A stretch of DNA of 64,000 bases from an uncultured bacterium (GTDB lineage Bacteria; Macinerneyibacteriota; Macinerneyibacteria; Macinerneyibacteriales; DSCS01), in the NCBI GenBank assembly GCA_964574875.1, contig CAZNOX010000001.1, positions 11,352-75,351 of the forward strand. Reading direction: 5' to 3'. The notes beneath the pieces are model-generated. The model had not been told where the DNA came from. It saw only the letters and a program-made list of their open reading frames with translations, and did not search any database. The position numbers and the translations under genes were made by a program. Of this stretch, positions 26,086 through 34,538 are shown one piece after another. Each line of letters begins with the position of its first letter. The stretch's first letter is position 1.

Positions 26086-27973
26086 CTCCCCCCTTGTCCA
26101 TCCATTCATGAAGCAGAGAGCCCATCCTGTCCGATTGCCCGTTTTTTTTCACCAGGGCTACGGATTCAGGATCCCAGAGGACCTCAAAGACCCGCTGTTT
26201 TCCGAATCCTTTCAACTCGGCCCGCCCGGCCATGAGAAAGATGATGTTGCGCTGAATGACACTGTCATAGGCCAGGTAGCAATAGGACCCCTTGACGGCG
26301 ATGGTCTCCATGGGGCAGTAATCTTTCAGGGCGTCGAAGACCTCCCCGCTTACGGCGATCCCCCGGTTGAAAAGCTCCCCGGAATCGCTCACATGAACGC
26401 GCCTGGCCAGGCCGTCCCCTGTCCTGCTGTGCTTGTTCAGCTTTTCTTCGATTGTATAGGTGGCTCCATGGACCACATCCATACCCCCTGAAAGCGCTTC
26501 CGGGGTGCTCTTCTGGGAGCTGGAGAGCCTGGACGCCATATTCACTGTCTCCCCGATGGGCGTCAGCTGTCCCAGCTGAGCCATGGAGACGTTGCCCAGG
26601 TGGATACCGATGCCGATATCCTCAAAATCGGTCTCCCGCTTCACAGAGAGGAAATGTTCAAAGATCATGATCCCGGACCGGATGGCCCCAAGAGCATAGG
26701 CCCTGGGGTCCGTCCCCTCTTTAAAGACGCCCATCACCCCGTCACCGAGCATCTTGTCCACATAGCCGTTGTATTGCCCGAAGACTTCCGGAATCGGGTC
26801 GAAGATCACATGGAGCTGTCGGATGGTCTCATCGGGATGAAGAAATTTGGACCGTTGTGAAAAATCCCGGATGTCCAGGAAAAAAATAGCGGCGGGGACG
26901 ATCTGCATGTGGACTTTATGATTCTCGGAAAACCAGAAGAGTTCTCCCCTCTGGAACTCGTCGCTCATCTTCTCCACGTCGCGGCTCCCTTCCACAAGGT
27001 AGATCTTCTTCCTGAGAAGCGTGAGGATGAGAAACCGTTTCCTTGCCTTGACGATATCCTCATAGAGGTAGAGGATCTCCTGGAGAGAGAGCTGGAGCTT
27101 GTCCTGTTCGGCTTTCAGGCAGCTGCTTTTGAGGAGCTGGCCGAGAAGATGGTCGTTGCGGAGGAGAAAAGTCAGGACCCGGAGATTGTCGATATTTCCT
27201 GTCTCGATATCCTTCTTTGATATCCCTTTTCTCATGTAGAGGGACTCATACCTGGACTGTCTGGCCATGACCCCCATGGTCTTCCTCATCATCTCCCTGA
27301 TGGAACGGAAGGCTTCCTGAGAGATGAGAAACCGCGAATTGATGAGAGAACTGCTCTGGGGAAAGAGAAACTCCTCGGATCCCGCTTCGGCCCCTGCGGC
27401 AAAAAAAGCCAGCTGGTCACGGATGACAAACTCCACAAGTTCCCTGTTCATGTGGAAAAAGTTGTTTTTATAGAGAAAAGGATATTTCAGTTCAAAAGCT
27501 TTCAGCGCCTTGGCCAGGACCTGGCGGTGAATATCATAGACCATAGTGTTGATGAGCCAGACAGCATCCTCCTTGGCATAATGGCGCCTCACCGTGGCAG
27601 AAAAGGCCGTGCTCAGGGCAACGAAAAAGAGATTCAGGTACATCCCCCGGTCATCGTAATGGAGGATGTTCTCCAGGGTCTTGTAGAGTTCTCTCCTGTA
27701 GTCATACTCCTGGACTGAGGAGAGGTCTCCGTCGTTGCGTTTCACCGAACGGAACTCGAACCTGAACCGGTACTTTTCATCCCGGTATGAGCGGAAGAGG
27801 TGTTCGATCAGGCGCTCCATGGCTGAACGGAGCTTGGCATCCAGGTAGACCGGATAGGTGGCGATCCCGCCGCGGATCACCGGGTCGGGAAATCCCGGGA
27901 GAGGCTGTTTGAAGTAGGAGGGTTTTTCACTTTCGCCGATACGCACAGGGGCGATGACATCGAAAATATTCAT
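26060..27973 (-). CDS. Class III adenylate/guanylate cyclase with an N-terminal domain of about 400 aa of unknown function
   Basis: The C-terminal CHD carries FLDIRDFS...GDGVMGVF. The N-terminal region has no recognisable family. Confidence 0.75.
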   Translation of the reverse strand: MNIFDVIAPVRIGESEKPSYFKQPLPGFPDPVIRGGIATYPVYLDAKLRSAMERLIEHLFRSYRDEKYRFRFEFRSVKRNDGDLSSVQEYDYRRELYKTLENILHYDDRGMYLNLFFVALSTAFSATVRRHYAKEDAVWLINTMVYDIHRQVLAKALKAFELKYPFLYKNNFFHMNRELVEFVIRDQLAFFAAGAEAGSEEFLFPQSSSLINSRFLISQEAFRSIREMMRKTMGVMARQSRYESLYMRKGISKKDIETGNIDNLRVLTFLLRNDHLLGQLLKSSCLKAEQDKLQLSLQEILYLYEDIVKARKRFLILTLLRKKIYLVEGSRDVEKMSDEFQRGELFWFSENHKVHMQIVPAAIFFLDIRDFSQRSKFLHPDETIRQLHVIFDPIPEVFGQYNGYVDKMLGDGVMGVFKEGTDPRAYALGAIRSGIMIFEHFLSVKRETDFEDIGIGIHLGNVSMAQLGQLTPIGETVNMASRLSSSQKSTPEALSGGMDVVHGATYTIEEKLNKHSRTGDGLARRVHVSDSGELFNRGIAVSGEVFDALKDYCPMETIAVKGSYCYLAYDSVIQRNIIFLMAGRAELKGFGKQRVFEVLWDPESVALVKKNGQSDRMGSLLHEWMDKGGDGSPDSHV

Positions 27974-28527
27974 ACGGGTCCGCTTTCTGAAAAGGGATAC
28001 TCTCCGCGGATGATATATTCAGGCCCCTCTTTTCTGAGAATGCTCTCATAGAGACGCAGGCCGTTGCAGGGATACTCAGCGCGGGGCAGAGGGCCGGTTC
28101 CGGCAAGGATCTCCAAAACCGCTCTGCGCGAGACCTTCTCTTTGATCCGCCCCACAGTGATATGGGGAAGAAAAGGCCGCCGATCAGCGGGGACAGCGCA
28201 GCGGGAGAGGCCCTCGTCCACTTGTCTGAAAAGTCTGGCGAACGCACTGTTCTCAAGCTTCAAAGCGATGATCCTCGCCTCGTTTTCCTTTCCCAGGACC
28301 AGCAGTTCCCGCCCCAGGCCCGCTGTGAAAGGAGCGGCTCTGACGGTTCCCAGGGCCTCTGTGACACAGGAGAGCCTTTCCGTCTCCCCCAGAAACTTGA
28401 CGGTGAGATGGATCTGCTTTTCGGGGATCCATCGGACGGCGGGCCACAGCCTTCGGGCTGATCGGAGAAACGGGCGTATCTCATCCAGGAAGGAGTCGTA
28501 TGCGGGAAGAGCGACAAAGAGCCTCAT
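27970..28527 (-). CDS. thpR: RNA 2',3'-cyclic phosphodiesterase (2H family; LigT/ThpR)
   Basis: Two HxT/S motifs (HLTVKFLG and HITV). Confidence 0.8.
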   Translation of the reverse strand: MRLFVALPAYDSFLDEIRPFLRSARRLWPAVRWIPEKQIHLTVKFLGETERLSCVTEALGTVRAAPFTAGLGRELLVLGKENEARIIALKLENSAFARLFRQVDEGLSRCAVPADRRPFLPHITVGRIKEKVSRRAVLEILAGTGPLPRAEYPCNGLRLYESILRKEGPEYIIRGEYPFSESGPV

Positions 28528-28961
28528 TTTTTCTGTCCCAGCCTTTTCAATGTCCTGTAGTTGATATAGGAGAGGGCTGTCAGCGACAGTGCGGTGACAA
28601 GCATGCCCACGACGACGATCTGCATGGATTCAAAGTTGGCGAGAGGAAGATAGGCATAAAGCATCTTCAATGTGGCCAGAAGAAACAGAAAGGCCAGGGT
28701 AAACGCACCGGCAGCCTGGAAGATATAAAAAACAATGGATTCATAAAGAGTCTCTCCGCTTTTTTTCCGCACAGTGATCCTGATGATCAGCCAGGCCACA
28801 AGTCCGTAAAGCACCAGGACAAGATAGAGAAGCGTTCTGTAATGCATAGAAAGAGTATAACAGAAATCACCTTCTTCTTCAATCCATATTCCCTGTAACC
28901 GCAGAGGGCTTCTTTGCGTATTTTCTGGCAGAAAGGGTGAAAATAAGGTATAGTCGGACAA
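28524..28961 (-). CDS. Small hypothetical membrane protein (about 3 TM; start uncertain, TTG at 28961 or ATG at 28847)
   Basis: ATGA overlap with the ligT start supports co-transcription. No SD is visible for either candidate start. Confidence 0.45.
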   Translation of the reverse strand: MSDYTLFSPFLPENTQRSPLRLQGIWIEEEGDFCYTLSMHYRTLLYLVLVLYGLVAWLIIRITVRKKSGETLYESIVFYIFQAAGAFTLAFLFLLATLKMLYAYLPLANFESMQIVVVGMLVTALSLTALSYINYRTLKRLGQKK

Positions 28962-29509
28962 TGCAGGATTGGGATGATCGTATGGTGGTGGATTATATTC
29001 TCAAAGGACACCCGGAATCCTTTCGGGAGATCATGAACAGGTACGGCGACCTTGTCTACCGGATGGCGTTCAGGCGCCTGAACTCCCATGATGATGCTGT
29101 GGACCTCTCCCAGGATGTTTTTTTCCTGGTCTACAGAAAATTAAAAAAATACAACCCCGAGTATAAATTCTTTTCCTGGCTCTACCGCATCACGCTGAAC
29201 ATGATCAACAGCGAACTGCGGAAGAGACAGTCCAGGCCGGAGTTTGTCCAGGCTGATTTTGCCCTTCTCTCAGACACCAAAGCGGCTTCTCCGTTATCAT
29301 TTGCCGGCCGTCTCAACGATTTTCTGGACGCCTTCCCCGACGGGCAGAAGGAGATCTTCCAGCTCTACTACTCGGACGGCTACTCCATCAGGGAGATCGC
29401 GGAGATCACAGGAGAAAGCCCGTCCAATGTCAAGATCATCCTGTTCCGTATCCGCCGAAAGATCAAAGATGCCTTTTGGAAAGGAGGCCTTTATGGATCG
29501 CGCTCCTGA
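28961..29509 (+). CDS. ECF-subfamily RNA polymerase sigma factor
   Basis: Region 2 (DLSQDVFFLVYRKL...FSWLYRITLN) and region 4 HTH (YSIREIAEITGESPSNVK). The start at ATG 28961 is preferred over the upstream GTG. Confidence 0.8.
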   Translation: MQDWDDRMVVDYILKGHPESFREIMNRYGDLVYRMAFRRLNSHDDAVDLSQDVFFLVYRKLKKYNPEYKFFSWLYRITLNMINSELRKRQSRPEFVQADFALLSDTKAASPLSFAGRLNDFLDAFPDGQKEIFQLYYSDGYSIREIAEITGESPSNVKIILFRIRRKIKDAFWKGGLYGSRS

Positions 29510-29936
29510 ACATTTTCCCCCTCAAGCGGCAGACCAGGTCATGGACCGGATCTTCCGTTACCGGGCATCACGCCGGGCTTTTCGCGCTGTGATCCTTTTC
29601 GCGGGGGGTGCCCTTCTCTTCTTTGCCCTTTTTCTCCCTTTACGAAACCTCGGCCTGCCCGGCCACCGCATCACCTTCACGCTCTATGCTCCCCAGGCCC
29701 GTCAGGTCTCCCTTGTGGGAGATTTCAACCAATGGGGTGAGCCGGGAATACCCATGACCGAAAACCGGTCCGGGGAATGGACGGTCACACTGACCCTGGA
29801 ACCCGGCGCCTACAGGTATCTCTTCTCCGTGGACGGCGGGACCCTTCCCGATCCCCGTTCAGCTCTTCTCTCCGATCCCTACGGAGGAGATGTCTCTCTT
29901 GTCCATGTCAACGGTTCAAAGGAGGAACATATATGA
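29493..29936 (+). CDS. Membrane-anchored protein with a CBM48/AMPK-glycogen-binding-like beta-sandwich ectodomain (anti-sigma candidate)
   Basis: AAGGAGG SD 5 nt before the ATG, overlapping the sigma stop. It has a short cytoplasmic N-terminus, one TM helix (AVILFAGGALLFFALFL), then YAPQARQVSLVGDFNQWG...EWTVTLTLEPGAYRYLFSVDG, a typical E-set/CBM48 signature. Confidence 0.65.
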   Translation: MDRAPEHFPPQAADQVMDRIFRYRASRRAFRAVILFAGGALLFFALFLPLRNLGLPGHRITFTLYAPQARQVSLVGDFNQWGEPGIPMTENRSGEWTVTLTLEPGAYRYLFSVDGGTLPDPRSALLSDPYGGDVSLVHVNGSKEEHI

Positions 29937-30343
29937 AACGTTATCTGCCTCTTCTCATCATGGTGCTCTTCACTGCAAGCCTCTCTGTTTCAGGGATGAC
30001 ACCCGAAAAAAAGAGAGAAGCGGTCCGGGCCCATACCCGCACCCAACTGGTCAAAAAGGGCCTCAGCGAAGAGACGGCCCTGAAGGCTGTAAACCGTCTT
30101 GCTCAAGAGGCGAAGACTTTCCGCGAGGAGCTCCGGAGCCTGAAACGCCTCTGCCGGATGTCGACCAAGACTCTTGAAAAGATGACAAAAAATATGAAAA
30201 CCGGCTCACCTCAGGAGAAGCCTTCAGCAGCCTGGACTGTCCGCGACAGGAAAAGGGAGGCTCAAAGAGAGAGCACTGAAAAACGTAAAGAGTTCAGGTC
30301 GCCGCGCTGGAGTGACGGGACGGAAACGGGGAACAGCCGTTGA
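29933..30343 (+). CDS. Secreted basic helical protein (signal peptide), hypothetical
   Basis: AAAGGAGGAA SD. The N-terminal MKRYLPLLIMVLFTASLSVSG is a signal peptide. Confidence 0.6.
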   Translation: MKRYLPLLIMVLFTASLSVSGMTPEKKREAVRAHTRTQLVKKGLSEETALKAVNRLAQEAKTFREELRSLKRLCRMSTKTLEKMTKNMKTGSPQEKPSAAWTVRDRKREAQRESTEKRKEFRSPRWSDGTETGNSR

Positions 30344-30933
30344 AGAGGCTCCTCTTCTCTCTTCTCATCATCTTGGCGCTGGCCCTTCCCGCTGCAGCCC
30401 AGCTCCCCGGTGAACTCAGGGCCCGGATCGATCAACTGGGGTTCCAGTCGGAGTACTGGACCACCTATATCCGCATGGCCCGTCTTCATAACCGTGAAGA
30501 GGAGATCGAAAAGATCATTGATTCCCGCATCCGGTTTCTCCTCTCCCTGAAAAAGGACTGCCCCTCTTTTCAGCGTGATGATATCGCCGATTATCTCTAT
30601 TACAGCGATCTCGGCCTTTCACCCGGATCCCTGGCCCGGGTCATCAACGCGAAAGGGCCCTCGCCGGAGCTTCTGCACGCTCTCAACGGCTTTCTCAGTG
30701 TTGCTGCCGGATATCTTCATGCCGATCCGGAAGAGCTTGAGGAACTTGCAGAAGCGTTTGCGCTCAGAAACTACTCATCCCGGGACCTCACGGCCCTCAC
30801 GGGCCTTCTCAAAACCCTTCACGGAAAAGATTTCGGTATGAAAAGCGGCCTTCGCAAACAGAAGCTGATGGCGCTGTTCCGCGAAGGATATTCGATCTCA
30901 TTCATTAAACGACAACTGGAGGATCTCTCATGA
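30340..30933 (+). CDS. Secreted hypothetical protein (signal peptide; probable TTG start overlapping the upstream stop)
   Basis: MKRLLFSLLIILALALPAAAQ is a signal peptide. The TTGA overlap suggests translational coupling. Confidence 0.55.
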   Translation: MKRLLFSLLIILALALPAAAQLPGELRARIDQLGFQSEYWTTYIRMARLHNREEEIEKIIDSRIRFLLSLKKDCPSFQRDDIADYLYYSDLGLSPGSLARVINAKGPSPELLHALNGFLSVAAGYLHADPEELEELAEAFALRNYSSRDLTALTGLLKTLHGKDFGMKSGLRKQKLMALFREGYSISFIKRQLEDLS

Positions 30934-31991
30934 AAAAAGAACTCGTTCTGCTGTTCACTCTTCTGTTGGCCCCTCTTTACGCCCTCACCGCGGAAACCTC
31001 TTTCCTCACAGGGATCACGTACGGGTATAACGACAACATCTACCGTGATTCCTCACAGCTCTCCTCGGCTTTCCTTGAAGAGTCCTTCTATGCCGCATGT
31101 TCGGCGTCCGCTTTCCAGGGTGAGGCTTTTATCAGCCATACGGGTTTTGTCTCCGAGACTTCTGAAAACCAGCTTCTCATGAACCTGACCCTCTCGTATG
31201 ACCTTTTCCTCAGCATGAAGAGCACCTTCCGCTTTTCCGGAGAAGGAGGGAGAAGCGATTATACCGAATGGGAGGATCCGGACCTCACCACGATCAAAGG
31301 CTCCCTCTCCTATATCTATGACGATCTCTCCAGGACACAGGCCACATTGACAGCAGCCGCGGGATCCAACACTTACGGCCTGGAAGCCGCCTCCAACAGC
31401 TATTTCGAAGGCGCTGCTTCACTTCAGTACTATTATGCCCTGGATGATTCTCTCACCCTTTCAGCTTATCTCCGTCACCATACCTGGAAGGCCCGCCGCC
31501 TGGAGACAGGTCACGGCGGAGCCATGATGACCCCCTCGTCAGACCTCATCGGCCTTTCTCTCTCCACGGAATGGGCCCTTGGCACCGCTTTGACCCTTAC
31601 CCCCCGTCTCTACTGGGAATCCCAGAAGAGCAATATGACCGCCATCATCCCCGCAGAGATCGAACCCCTGGTGGAACAGGACAGCGACACCTATCACTGC
31701 GCGGGGATGACCCTCAGCGCCTCTCTCGCACTGGGGCCCTTCTATTTCAATCCGTCAGCGGGTTATTTTCATAAAACGTATCCCGACCGCATCTCTTTTG
31801 TCGACGAGGCCACTCCTTCAGACCAAGGGGTGACTCTGGAAGGCTGGAATCTCAACGCTGAAGGGCGTGTCTTTGTCTCGTCCCTTCTTGCGGCGACTCT
31901 GTCATGGGAATGGGACCATTATCAATCTGATGACTATTGGAGCCGGGGAAACGGTTATTCGGTGTCGGGGGGCGTTTTTCTCCTCTTCTGA
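30930..31991 (+). CDS. Outer-membrane beta-barrel protein, hypothetical
   Basis: Signal peptide, alternating amphipathic beta-strands rich in Y/S/T/G, and a C-terminal F. Confidence 0.65.
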   Translation: MKKELVLLFTLLLAPLYALTAETSFLTGITYGYNDNIYRDSSQLSSAFLEESFYAACSASAFQGEAFISHTGFVSETSENQLLMNLTLSYDLFLSMKSTFRFSGEGGRSDYTEWEDPDLTTIKGSLSYIYDDLSRTQATLTAAAGSNTYGLEAASNSYFEGAASLQYYYALDDSLTLSAYLRHHTWKARRLETGHGGAMMTPSSDLIGLSLSTEWALGTALTLTPRLYWESQKSNMTAIIPAEIEPLVEQDSDTYHCAGMTLSASLALGPFYFNPSAGYFHKTYPDRISFVDEATPSDQGVTLEGWNLNAEGRVFVSSLLAATLSWEWDHYQSDDYWSRGNGYSVSGGVFLLF

Positions 31992-32590
31992 GAAGGGTTC
32001 TGGTCATCCAGGACCGCCGCTCTCATGAACCGGAGAAAAGAGAGATAAGGAAGAAACAGGATCTTCTGAAACCGGCGGATGAGCGCAGAACAGGCCAGTG
32101 TGACAATAGCGATGATGAGGCCTGCTGCTGTGGTCAGCAGGGCTTCCGAGATCCCTGCGGTGAGCAGGTCTTTTTTTTCAAGGGTGAAGACGCCCAGGAC
32201 CCTGAAGGACGAGATGATACCGCTGATGGTCCCGAGGATCCCCAAAAGAGGCGCTGCTGTCACGGCAAAGCTCAAAAGGCCCATGCGGTTTTCCGAAAGG
32301 CCCTGGTATGAAGAGACGATCCCCCTGGCCTGCTCATAATCGAAAAGAGAGAGGGCGGTGACAGTCTTCTTGATCTCATCCAGGATGACCCCTCCCGGGG
32401 GGTAATCTTTCAGCGAACGGTGCTCTCTGAGAAAGAGAGCCGCATCCTTCCCCCGAAAACGGGCTCGTTTCCGCCACAGCTGCAGATGAAAAAAGAGACG
32501 GTCCAGGATCGCTGCCAGAGCGATCACCGACAGGAGCAGAAGCGGATACCCCCAGACACCGCTGGCCTGAAGAAAGGCTGTAAGAGTCAC
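31955..32590 (-). CDS. MotA/TolQ/ExbB proton-channel family protein (no adjacent ExbD/TolR/MotB partner)
   Basis: 211 aa with three TM helices and the conserved TM2-TM3 region (GLLGTISGIISSF...ALLTTAAGLIIAI). It lies directly downstream of metG. Confidence 0.75.
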   Translation of the reverse strand: MTLTAFLQASGVWGYPLLLLSVIALAAILDRLFFHLQLWRKRARFRGKDAALFLREHRSLKDYPPGGVILDEIKKTVTALSLFDYEQARGIVSSYQGLSENRMGLLSFAVTAAPLLGILGTISGIISSFRVLGVFTLEKKDLLTAGISEALLTTAAGLIIAIVTLACSALIRRFQKILFLPYLSFLRFMRAAVLDDQNPSQKRRKTPPDTE

Positions 32591-32606
32591 TCCCCTCCTC
32601 CCCGGT

Positions 32607-34538
32607 TCAGCGCACCACGGCGCCGTTGAAGATGTCGTCTTTCCGGTCCAGGGTGACCAGCGAAAGTCCCTTGTCTGTCGAAGCGGCCAGAAGCATCCCT
32701 TCCGAGACGATTCCTCTCAGCTTCCTGGGCTCCAGGTTGGTGACCACGACCACAGACTTTCCCGGGAGATCCTCTTTGGCATACCAGGCCTTGATCCCTG
32801 CGGCGATGGTCCTGGTCTCATCCCCGATACGGACGGTGAGAGCGTAGAGTTTGTCTGCCCCGGGAATATCTTCGGCTTTCTGGATGACACCGGCTCTGAG
32901 GTTCACTTTGGTGAAATCGTCATAAGTGATGAAAGCGACTCCCTGAGGCGGGACCTCGTCCTTTTTCTCACAGGCTTTTTCAGGTCTCTCTTTTTTCTTC
33001 CCCTCGTCACGACGGGGAAAGAGGATCTCGCCCTTGCGGACCTTGTTCCCCCGTGCCCCTCCCCATCTCAGGTTTTCAAACCCCTGAGCGATCTCGCTTT
33101 CAGGGTCGCAGCCGATCTGGAGGAAGATCTTGCGCGCGGTCTCTTCCATGAAAGGCGCGATGAGAAGGGCTGCAAACCGGATGGCTTCAGCAAGATGGAA
33201 AAGAACATTGTCCAGACGGCTTCCGTCCTCCTCTTTGGCCAGTTTCCACGGTTCAGTCTCGTCGATATATTTGTTTGTCCTGCGGATAAATTTCCAGATG
33301 GTCTCCAGGGCTTCGGTAAAGTCAAAGAGGCCGATATATTTCTCCACTTCGCCGAACAGGCCTTCGGCCATCTGCTGGAGAGAGCGGTCCTCTTCGGTGA
33401 GGGGCGCCGCGGCCTTGGGAACAGTCCCTCCGCGGTACTGGAGGATCATCTGGACGGTCCGGCTCACCAGGTTTCCAAGGTCGTTGGCCAGGTCGTAGTT
33501 AAACCGTTTTTTGAGGTTTTCGTTTGAGAAGTCCCCGTCTCTTCCGAATTTGATGTCCCGGAGCATATAGTATTTCAGGGCATCCAGGGAATACTCCTGT
33601 GCAATGGCCACAGGATCGATGGCGTTCCCCATGGATTTGGATATCTTCTCCCCGTCCACAGTGAGCCACCCGTGGGCAAAGACTTTTTTGGGCAGGGGGA
33701 TGCCGGCAGCCAGAAGCATGGCGGGCCAGATCACAGAATGGAACCAGTTGATCTCCTTGCCGATGAAATGGACATCGGCGGGCCAGTACTTCTGAAAGGC
33801 CGCATCATCCTCTTTCCCGTACCCCAGGGCTGTGATGTAATTGAGCAGGGCATCGAACCAGACATAGATCACATGATCCTCGTCTCCCGGCATGGTCACG
33901 CCCCAGGGAAAGGAACTCCGGCTCACACTCAGGTCTTCCAGAGGCTCGCTTTTCAGGCGCATGAGCATCTCGTTGCGCCGGAAATCGGGGGCCACGAAGC
34001 CTTCGTTTTCTTCATAATGACGGATGAGCGCATCCTGGTAGCGGGAGAGCCTGAAAAAATAGTTCTCTTCCCTGATCCACTGGACAGGACGTTTGCATTC
34101 AGGGCAGAGGTTTCCCTCCCCCAGCTCCTTTTCCGTATAGTAGCGCTCGTCATGGACGCAATACCATCCTTCATAATGGCCCTTGTAGATATCGCCCTGA
34201 TCCATGAGTTTTTTGAAAAAGGCCCGGACAGACTTTTCATGGTCGGGGTCCGTGGTGCGGATGAAATAGTCATACCTGATGTCGAGTTTTTTCCAGATAT
34301 CGATGAACTGGCCGGCGACCTCGTCGACGAACTCCTTGACATCGCGCCCTTTCTCCCGGGCCGCCTGATAGATCTTCAGGCCGTGTTCATCCGTTCCCGT
34401 GAGGTAAAAGACATCATAACCCGCCATTCTTTTGAAACGGGCCAGGCAGTCGGCCACGATAGTGGTGTAGGCACTCCCCACATGGGGTTTGCTGTTCACA
34501 TAATAGAGGGGTGTGGTGATATAATAGGTCTTTTTCAT
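32607..34538 (-). CDS. metG: Methionine--tRNA ligase with a C-terminal tRNA-binding domain
   Basis: HIGH-type motif (PHVGSAYT), KMSKS and zinc-knuckle cysteines. Confidence 0.9.
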   Translation of the reverse strand: MKKTYYITTPLYYVNSKPHVGSAYTTIVADCLARFKRMAGYDVFYLTGTDEHGLKIYQAAREKGRDVKEFVDEVAGQFIDIWKKLDIRYDYFIRTTDPDHEKSVRAFFKKLMDQGDIYKGHYEGWYCVHDERYYTEKELGEGNLCPECKRPVQWIREENYFFRLSRYQDALIRHYEENEGFVAPDFRRNEMLMRLKSEPLEDLSVSRSSFPWGVTMPGDEDHVIYVWFDALLNYITALGYGKEDDAAFQKYWPADVHFIGKEINWFHSVIWPAMLLAAGIPLPKKVFAHGWLTVDGEKISKSMGNAIDPVAIAQEYSLDALKYYMLRDIKFGRDGDFSNENLKKRFNYDLANDLGNLVSRTVQMILQYRGGTVPKAAAPLTEEDRSLQQMAEGLFGEVEKYIGLFDFTEALETIWKFIRRTNKYIDETEPWKLAKEEDGSRLDNVLFHLAEAIRFAALLIAPFMEETARKIFLQIGCDPESEIAQGFENLRWGGARGNKVRKGEILFPRRDEGKKKERPEKACEKKDEVPPQGVAFITYDDFTKVNLRAGVIQKAEDIPGADKLYALTVRIGDETRTIAAGIKAWYAKEDLPGKSVVVVTNLEPRKLRGIVSEGMLLAASTDKGLSLVTLDRKDDIFNGAVVR

